Positions 57,527-64,000 of a stretch of 64,000 nt of DNA are shown here, piece by piece (the first letter of the stretch is position 1; each line of letters opens with the position of its first letter). The stretch spans positions 84,620 through 148,619 of the forward strand of contig CACGAV010000001.1 of assembly GCA_902571095.1 (NCBI GenBank), read 5' to 3'. Below the pieces are notes generated by a model. That model was given only the letters and a program-made list of their open reading frames with translations, made no database searches and was not told where the DNA came from. The position numbers and the translations under genes were made by a program. This stretch comes from an uncultured Pelagibacteraceae bacterium. GTDB taxonomy: Bacteria > Pseudomonadota > Alphaproteobacteria > Pelagibacterales > Pelagibacteraceae.

Positions 57527-57785
57527 TTTTTTTAAGCAAATCCCAAAAATATCTTTTTTTGATTTTATTTTTCTTAATATCAGAAACCGGATATTCAATT
57601 ATGTTATCTGTGTTATTTTCTAAATATGGAACCATATTTAAATTTTTTTCAATACTTTCATAATTATTAGTTCTATTTTTATTTATTTTAATTTTATTTT
57701 CTGAAGAGAAATAGTAAAAAATTATAAGAAGAAAAAATGATGTAAATATGATAAAATAAAATATTTGTCTAAGTTTTAAAAACAT
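57519..57785 (-). CDS. Small membrane-anchored hypothetical protein (sits where alphaproteobacteria usually have a SPOR-domain protein)
   Basis: 88 aa with one N-terminal TM (IFYFIIFTSFFLLIIFYYF). Start overlaps the argS stop and stop overlaps the nagZ start. No recognisable domain. Confidence 0.5.
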   Translation of the reverse strand: MFLKLRQIFYFIIFTSFFLLIIFYYFSSENKIKINKNRTNNYESIEKNLNMVPYLENNTDNIIEYPVSDIKKNKIKKRYFWDLLKKND

Positions 57786-59509
57786 TACATTTTTTTGGGT
57801 AAAGAAACACCTAATATATTCATTCCATTTTCAACTACTACTGAAAGTAATTGGAATATCATAAAGGAAAGTAAATTATTAACCTTCCCGTTTATAATAA
57901 ATTTAAATTTTAAATCTTCATTGCCTTTACTCCAATATGAATGAAAAATAGTAGCTAATTCGTAAAGATAAAAGGGAATTCTATGAGGTTCATATTTTTG
58001 AACAGATAAATCTACAATCCTCGGCCACTCCATAATTTTTCTTAATAGTTTAATTTCAAAATCATTTGGTTTAAAATCATTAGTATTTATAGTAATTTCT
58101 TTTTTCAAATTAAATTTTGCAGATTTAAAAAGTGAATTAATTCTTGCATAACAGTATTGGACATAAAATACTGGATTGTCCTTATTTTTTTGTAGCACTT
58201 TATTAAAATCAAAATCCAATTCAACATCATTTCCTCTGTTTAACATCATGAATCTTATTGAGTCTTTGTCTACTTCTTTAAGGATGTCATTAACAGAAAT
58301 AAACTCGCCAGATCTTTTTGACATTTTATAAGGCTTACCATCTTTAAACAGCTTAACCAGTTGACAGACTTTACATATTAAAGATATTTTATTTTTTGAT
58401 AAAGCTTTAACAGCAGCAGAGATCCTTTTAATATAACCGGTATGGTCTGCGCCAAGAACATTAATTAAATAATCATATTTTTTTGAAACTTTTGTAGAAT
58501 GATAAGCCACATCATTAGCAAAATACGTCCATGAACCGTCACTTTTTTGTAAAGCTCTGTCTAAATCGTCACCGAATAATGTAGATTTAAAAATAAGTTT
58601 TTTCTCTTTTTTCCAATTGAAATTTTCTTCTCCTTTTGGTGGTTCTAGATAACCATAATCAATAAATTTATTCTTTCTTAATTTATTTATAGTTTTGTCG
58701 ACCAAATTTTCTTTTATTAATTTAGTTTCAGAGAAAAATAAATCGTGCTTTATTCCTAATTTTTTTAAATCGGATTTAATTAAATTCATTGAAAGTTTCA
58801 ATGAGTCTTTTGTAAGTTTATTTTTGACTTTATTAAAATTATCAAATTTGAGTTTTGGGTTTTCTTTTAATATTTTTTTGGCTATATCAATAATATATAT
58901 TCCCGGATATAAATTTTTTTGACTAGGAAAAGGCTCACTATATTTCAGCTCTCTTAATCTAAAATATACAGAGTGAGTAAAATCATTAATTTGATTTCCA
59001 TAATCATTGACATAAAATTCTTTTGTAATCTTATTTCCACAAAATTTTAGTAAATTACTTAAAACATCTCCAAAAATAGCGCCACGACAATGTCCTACAT
59101 GCATTGGTCCAGTAGGATTAGCTGATACAAATTCAACATTAAATTTTTTATTACCTTTATTTGAACCAAAGATATTTTTTGATTTAAATGTACTTTTAAT
59201 AATTTTCAACCATGCTTCTTGAGTTAACTTAAAATTTAAAAAACCTGGTCCAGCAACATCTACTACCTTAAAATCCTTTTGTTGTTTCAACAAAAGTAAT
59301 TTAATTTTTTGAGAAATAATTTTTGGATTTTCATTCAATGTTTTTGATATAACCATCGCAATATTTGAGGAAAAGTCATAATCAAATTTTTCAGGGGGAT
59401 TTTGTATATTTACTCCTTTAAAAAAATTTTTCTGACCTACTTTTGCAAAATAATCATTTTTAATAACAATATTTTTTATTTCAGACAAATAAGTTTTATA
59501 AAGGTTCAT
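57785..59509 (-). CDS. argS: Arginine--tRNA ligase
   Basis: SANPTGPMHVGH (HIGH motif), and MSKRSG in place of KMSKS. 574 aa. Confidence 0.95.
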   Translation of the reverse strand: MNLYKTYLSEIKNIVIKNDYFAKVGQKNFFKGVNIQNPPEKFDYDFSSNIAMVISKTLNENPKIISQKIKLLLLKQQKDFKVVDVAGPGFLNFKLTQEAWLKIIKSTFKSKNIFGSNKGNKKFNVEFVSANPTGPMHVGHCRGAIFGDVLSNLLKFCGNKITKEFYVNDYGNQINDFTHSVYFRLRELKYSEPFPSQKNLYPGIYIIDIAKKILKENPKLKFDNFNKVKNKLTKDSLKLSMNLIKSDLKKLGIKHDLFFSETKLIKENLVDKTINKLRKNKFIDYGYLEPPKGEENFNWKKEKKLIFKSTLFGDDLDRALQKSDGSWTYFANDVAYHSTKVSKKYDYLINVLGADHTGYIKRISAAVKALSKNKISLICKVCQLVKLFKDGKPYKMSKRSGEFISVNDILKEVDKDSIRFMMLNRGNDVELDFDFNKVLQKNKDNPVFYVQYCYARINSLFKSAKFNLKKEITINTNDFKPNDFEIKLLRKIMEWPRIVDLSVQKYEPHRIPFYLYELATIFHSYWSKGNEDLKFKFIINGKVNNLLSFMIFQLLSVVVENGMNILGVSLPKKM

Positions 59510-60633
59510 TTTATTGAATTAAATAAATTTATTGCATATCTATCTGTCATTCCTGCTATAAAATCACAGACACATCTCTCTACATTTCTTTTAAGGAAAT
59601 CCTGTTTTTTTATATATTTTAATGGATTTCTTTTTATTTTTTTAAAAAGAAATTTAATAACTTTTGATCCTTTCTTTGTAGGATTTAAAACTTTTTTATT
59701 AAAATACATATTTTTTTTTAAAAATTTCTTTATTTCATAATCAAAATAGCTCATCTTTTTAGAGAAATTAACTAACTTAATTTTTGATTTATATACATCA
59801 TTAATATTTTTAATTCCTTGGGTTTTTAAATTATTTTTAGTGTTATCAACAATATCTTTGACCATTAGATTTATAATTTCTCTGGTTATTTGACTTATAA
59901 AAGTTACTTCATTTTTTTTAATTTTTATTTTATTTTTTTTTATTACATCGGAGATAACACTTATATTTTTAATATCTTCAATTTTAAATAATTTAGCTTT
60001 TAATCCATCTTCTAAATCATGGCTATTATAAGCAACATCATCAGATATTGACGCAATTTGAGCTTCAAGTGAGGGGTTTTTTAAAAAGTCTATTTTCCCT
60101 TTAAAAGTTTTTTTTCCCAAAATATTATCAAATTTCCTTTTTTGTAAAACAATTCCATTGTGTTTAATGAGACCGTCTAATGTTTCAATTGAAAGATTTA
60201 GTCCGTTAAATTTTGGATATTTTTTTTCTAAAAAAGTTACTATTCTCAAAGTTTGAATATTATGATCGAAACCTCCGTTATTTATCATGCATTCATTTAA
60301 AGAATTCTCACCAGCATGGCCAAATGGCGGATGTCCTAAATCGTGAGCCAAACTGAGAGTCTCACAAAGATCTTCGTTTAATTTAAAAATTTTGGCAATA
60401 GTTCTTGCTATTTGTGAAACTTCAAGTGAATGAGTTATTCTTGTTCTGTAATGATCATCTGTTGTGTTAACAAAAACTTGTGTTTTATGTTTTAGTCTTC
60501 TAAAAGCTGTCGAATGTATAATTCTATCCCTGTCTCTTTGATGAGCTGGTCTCAATTCGCTATTGCTTTCTTTGTATATTCTCCCAATTGATTTGATTGG
60601 AGTGGACAATTTTGAATATTCGTTTTTTTGCAT
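59506..60633 (-). CDS. dgt: dGTP triphosphohydrolase-like HD-domain protein
   Basis: RDRDRIIHS, RTRITHSLEV, and HDLGHPPFGH motifs. Confidence 0.9.
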   Translation of the reverse strand: MQKNEYSKLSTPIKSIGRIYKESNSELRPAHQRDRDRIIHSTAFRRLKHKTQVFVNTTDDHYRTRITHSLEVSQIARTIAKIFKLNEDLCETLSLAHDLGHPPFGHAGENSLNECMINNGGFDHNIQTLRIVTFLEKKYPKFNGLNLSIETLDGLIKHNGIVLQKRKFDNILGKKTFKGKIDFLKNPSLEAQIASISDDVAYNSHDLEDGLKAKLFKIEDIKNISVISDVIKKNKIKIKKNEVTFISQITREIINLMVKDIVDNTKNNLKTQGIKNINDVYKSKIKLVNFSKKMSYFDYEIKKFLKKNMYFNKKVLNPTKKGSKVIKFLFKKIKRNPLKYIKKQDFLKRNVERCVCDFIAGMTDRYAINLFNSIK

Positions 60634-60673
60634 AAGATGTGATAAATATATATATACATTATATTTATAAAAT

Positions 60674-60991
60674 ATGACTAATAAAATTGAGTTTACAGAA
60701 TCGGCAAAAAAAGAAATTCAGAGAGTTATTTCAACTCAAGTAAAAGGACTTTATTTTAGAATAAGGGTTCAAGGAGGTGGATGTTCGGGTTTTAAATATA
60801 CATTCACTTTTGACGATAAAATTAATCCTAACGACACTTTATTTGAAAAAGCCATAATTGATAATTCTTCTTTAAAAATTATTGATGGTTCTATTGTTGA
60901 TTTTAAAAAGGAATTAATAGGAAACTCATTTGTAATAAACAATCCAAAAGCTAGCTCTTCTTGTGGTTGTGGTATGTCCTTCTCTGTATAA
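60674..60991 (+). CDS. erpA: Iron-sulfur cluster insertion protein (ErpA/IscA family)
   Basis: 105 aa. GGGCSGF motif and C-terminal CGCG.SF motif. Confidence 0.88.
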   Translation: MTNKIEFTESAKKEIQRVISTQVKGLYFRIRVQGGGCSGFKYTFTFDDKINPNDTLFEKAIIDNSSLKIIDGSIVDFKKELIGNSFVINNPKASSSCGCGMSFSV

Positions 60992-61767
60992 TGCTTATAA
61001 CATCATGGAATGTTAACTCAGTAAGAGCAAGGATTAGTAATATTTTAGATTATTTAAAAAAATCCAAAACTGATATTTTAATGTTACAGGAAATTAAAAC
61101 CGAAGAAATAAATTTTCCTTTTGCTGAATTTAAAAAAGTTGGATACAACTCATATGTATTTGGTCAGAAAAGTTATAATGGCGTTGCTTTTATTTCTAAA
61201 GTCAAAATTGATGAAGTAAAAACAGACTTTTTAGTTGATGAAAGAAAACAATCTAGAGTTATTGTAGGTGATATACAGTATAAGAAAAATAGTATTAAAT
61301 TAGTCAATATATATGTGCCAAATGGTAATCCGATAGATACTGACAAATATGATTTTAAAAAAAATTGGCTTAATTTATTCAATTTGAAAATCAAAAAAGC
61401 TTTAATTAAAAATAAAAATATAATAATTGGTGGAGATTTTAATATAATTCCAGAAAAAATCGATGTCCATGACTATAAAAAGTATGAAAATGATGCACTT
61501 TTTAAATTGGAAATTAGAAAAAAGTTTCTTGAACTTATAAATTTAGGATTTCATGATATTTACAGATACTATAACAAAGAAAAGCAAGAATATACTTTTT
61601 GGGATTACACTTCTGGAGCTTGGCCAAAAAATAATGGCTTAAGAATAGATCATTTTCTAGTATCAAATAATATTTTAGATAAAATTAAAAATGTAAATAT
61701 TAATAAAAATCCCAGATCAAAAGTTAAACCATCTGATCATACACCGATTGAGCTATTGATCAATTAA
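60991..61767 (+). CDS. xthA: Exodeoxyribonuclease III
   Basis: ITSWNVNSVRAR, LQEIK, GDFNI, and SDHTPI motifs. The ATG at 60991 overlaps the erpA stop (TAATG); the track TTG at 60961 is an extension. Confidence 0.92.
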   Translation: MLITSWNVNSVRARISNILDYLKKSKTDILMLQEIKTEEINFPFAEFKKVGYNSYVFGQKSYNGVAFISKVKIDEVKTDFLVDERKQSRVIVGDIQYKKNSIKLVNIYVPNGNPIDTDKYDFKKNWLNLFNLKIKKALIKNKNIIIGGDFNIIPEKIDVHDYKKYENDALFKLEIRKKFLELINLGFHDIYRYYNKEKQEYTFWDYTSGAWPKNNGLRIDHFLVSNNILDKIKNVNINKNPRSKVKPSDHTPIELLIN

Positions 61768-62962
61768 CCCGCCCATATATATCCTCAAAACGAACTATAT
61801 CACTTTCTTTTAAAATTGACCCTAATTGAGCTTCCATAATCTTAACTGTTTTTTTATTTGGGTTTTGAATTCTATGAATCGCTCCCTTAGGAATAAATAT
61901 ACTTTCTGATGGTTTTTTTATGAAAAATTTTTTATTAAGTGTAATTTTAGGGATGCCTTGAGTAACTAACCAATGTTCAGATCTGTGATAATGTTTTTGT
62001 AAACTCAGAATTCCTTTAGGTTTAACCAATAGTTCTTTGATTAAGAAATTACTCCCGCTATATAAATTTGTATAACTTCCCCATGGTCTATAAAAAGTAT
62101 TTTTTTTGTTATAATACTTACTTTTATTTCGATTAAACATTAACAGTATTTCTTTCCAACTACCAAGATCTGACCATGAAAGATCAAGCTTAATTGCATT
62201 AATATCTTTCATCTTTTCTAGAATTGCATGATCAAAAGATTTTGATGGGTTCTTAATAAATGATTTTTTATTTAAATAATATATATTTTTTTTAATTTTA
62301 CTTTTTTGAACTGCTTTAAAAGAACTAAGAAAAATACGTTTTTGATATTTTTTAAAATTGTTTATTATAGAGTCTTTTCTAATATAAAACATACCAGAAT
62401 TCCAATAGCCGCCTTTTTGGATTATATATTTAGCTATAGATTTTTTTGGTTTTTCAATAAATTTTGAAACTCTATTCAGATTTTTACTTCTTTTAGATAT
62501 GAAATAACCGAATTGATCAGATGGAGTATTAGGTTTCACGCCAAAAATAAAAATATTTTTATTAGTTAAAAATTTTTGATTTTTTTTTATCTCAAAATTA
62601 AATTTACTAACATTTTCTATTAAATGATCTGCTGAAAGAAGAATTAATGGTTGATTATCAGGAATATCATGTAATAAAGCGGAGGAAAGAATAGCTGGCC
62701 CAGTATTTTTTTTTAAAGGTTCGAGTACAATTTTATATTTTTTTATTTTATATTTTTTTAAGCTTTTTTGGATATCTTTGAGATATTTATAATTAGTACT
62801 AATTATAGGTATATCAAATATAGAGTTTTTTATTCTTTCTAAAGTCTTTCCAAATAAAGTCCATCCACCGAAATCTATAAACTGTTTTGCCTGTTGTTTT
62901 TTAAGACCTTTCCATAATCTAGTTCCAGCACCTCCACATAAAATAACTGGTCTAATTTTCAT
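61760..62962 (-). CDS. manC: Mannose-1-phosphate guanylyltransferase with C-terminal cupin (ManC/XanB-like, short form)
   Basis: N-terminal PVILCGGAGTRLW nucleotidyltransferase motif. C-terminal cupin HYHRSEHW...GAIHRIQNP. Confidence 0.85.
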   Translation of the reverse strand: MKIRPVILCGGAGTRLWKGLKKQQAKQFIDFGGWTLFGKTLERIKNSIFDIPIISTNYKYLKDIQKSLKKYKIKKYKIVLEPLKKNTGPAILSSALLHDIPDNQPLILLSADHLIENVSKFNFEIKKNQKFLTNKNIFIFGVKPNTPSDQFGYFISKRSKNLNRVSKFIEKPKKSIAKYIIQKGGYWNSGMFYIRKDSIINNFKKYQKRIFLSSFKAVQKSKIKKNIYYLNKKSFIKNPSKSFDHAILEKMKDINAIKLDLSWSDLGSWKEILLMFNRNKSKYYNKKNTFYRPWGSYTNLYSGSNFLIKELLVKPKGILSLQKHYHRSEHWLVTQGIPKITLNKKFFIKKPSESIFIPKGAIHRIQNPNKKTVKIMEAQLGSILKESDIVRFEDIYGRVN

Positions 62963-64000
62963 CTAAATATCTGCGTAGCACCTTACTTCTTTTTTTCCAC
63001 CGGGATGTGTTGAGGCACCTAGGTATGCCGGCCCAACTGTTTGCGCATACTTCCAAAGAGTTCCATTTCCAAAATTTATTTTTTTTGGTTTCCATCTTTT
63101 TTTTCTTCTAGATAATTCTTTTTTTGAAAGATTTACATTGATTGTACCTTTTTTGGCATCGATATGAATTATATCTCCATTTTTTAACAATCCTATTGGT
63201 CCTCCTAGAGAAGCTTCGGGTCCGACATGCCCAATACAAAAACCTCTTGTGGCTCCTGAAAATCTTCCGTCAGTTATTAAGGCAACTTTTTCACCTTTAC
63301 CTTGGCCATAGATAGCTCCTGTGGTCTGAAGCATTTCTCTCATACCTGGACCACCTTTTGGACCCTCATATCTGATAACTATAATATCACCATCTTTGTA
63401 CTTTCTTTTTAACACTGCTTTGTAAGCAGACTCTTCTGTATCAAAACATCTTGCTCTTCCAGTAAATTGGAGTTTTTTTAATCCAGCAACTTTAACAATT
63501 GCTCCATCGGGTGCAAGATTACCCTTCAATCCTACAACACCCCCATCATTTGATAATGGGTTATTGTGTTTTCTCATAACTTTTTGTTTATTATTAAATT
63601 TAACTTTTTTTAAATTTTCTTTCATGGTCTTACCTGTAACTGTCATACAATTACCATTAATATAACCACCATCTAACAAAGTTCTTAGTAGCATAGGAAC
63701 ACCACCAGCTTTCCACATATCTTTTGCAACATATTTACCACCAGGTTTTAAATCTGCAAGGTAAGGTGTTTTTTTAAAAATTTTTGCAACATCCATCAAA
63801 TCAAATTTAATTCCTATTTCATTTGCTAGAGCTGGTAAATGCAATGCAGCATTTGTTGAACCTCCAGTAGCTGCAACTATAGTTGCTGCATTCTCTAAAG
63901 ATTTTCTTGTTACAATGTCTCTTGGTCTAATATTTTTTTTTAATAAATTCATAACTGCTTTGCCACTTTGCAAAGCATATTTATCTCTCTGTCCGTATGG
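62963..64000 (-). CDS. ilvD: Dihydroxy-acid dehydratase, C-terminal about 345 codons (N terminus lies beyond the window)
   Basis: IlvD/Edd motifs ([28 protein letters not shown]). The reading frame stays open to the window end; the track start is an internal TTG. Confidence 0.93.
   Translation of the reverse strand, partial: PYGQRDKYALQSGKAVMNLLKKNIRPRDIVTRKSLENAATIVAATGGSTNAALHLPALANEIGIKFDLMDVAKIFKKTPYLADLKPGGKYVAKDMWKAGGVPMLLRTLLDGGYINGNCMTVTGKTMKENLKKVKFNNKQKVMRKHNNPLSNDGGVVGLKGNLAPDGAIVKVAGLKKLQFTGRARCFDTEESAYKAVLKRKYKDGDIIVIRYEGPKGGPGMREMLQTTGAIYGQGKGEKVALITDGRFSGATRGFCIGHVGPEASLGGPIGLLKNGDIIHIDAKKGTINVNLSKKELSRRKKRWKPKKINFGNGTLWKYAQTVGPAYLGASTHPGGKKEVRCYADI

Overview
Very AT-rich (about 30% GC by eye) and extremely gene-dense alphaproteobacterial chromosome segment: about 68 CDS and 3 tRNAs, most intergenic gaps under 60 nt, many 1-17 nt overlaps. 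It looks like a SAR11/Pelagibacterales-type streamlined genome; that is an inference from composition, compaction, a DmdA gene and alpha-type synteny, not a database result. Left to right: (1) 0-6.3 kb, a sugar/cyclitol catabolic group (ROK kinase, Gfo/Idh/MocA dehydrogenase, IolD, aldehyde dehydrogenase, HpcH aldolase). (2) 6.3-10.9 kb, a small glycan cluster (fused double glycosyltransferase plus a WbpD/WbpB/WbpE-like acetyltransferase/oxidoreductase/aminotransferase triad). (3) tRNA-Pro, followed 3 nt later by a long co-directional operon at 11.0-22.0 kb. This holds DMSP demethylation genes (dmdC, dmdB, dmdA) interleaved with a FadB-like fusion, an OsmC-like protein, a catalytic-Glu-less ECHDC3-like crotonase and an alpha/beta hydrolase, then an NDUFS4-like protein, an SbmA/BacA-like transporter and an AEC transporter. 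(4) 22.0-27.6 kb is the only clearly accessory part: a 424-nt non-coding spacer with palindromes, an orphan 136-aa HxH protein, a Cre-like tyrosine recombinase, and an ultra-AT-rich five-gene surface-glycan operon (GT2, GIY-YIG, GT9-like, GT11, methyltransferase). (5) 27.6-64 kb is housekeeping in classic alphaproteobacterial synteny: nhaA, gpx, tatD, metG, holB, tmk, dacC, rlpA-like, mltB, tRNA-Ser, sdhE, recG, tRNA-Lys, tgt, coaD, gyrA, ssb, uvrA, secDF-yajC, serS, tatABC, scpAB, nagZ, argS, dgt, erpA, xthA, manC and partial ilvD. I saw no CRISPR array, rRNA, transposase, prophage structural genes or recognisable defence system. The two observations most worth follow-up are the recombinase-associated glycan cassette and the extended dmd operon, whose gene content suggests an undescribed fate for methylthioacryloyl-CoA. 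Both are hypotheses from gene content only.
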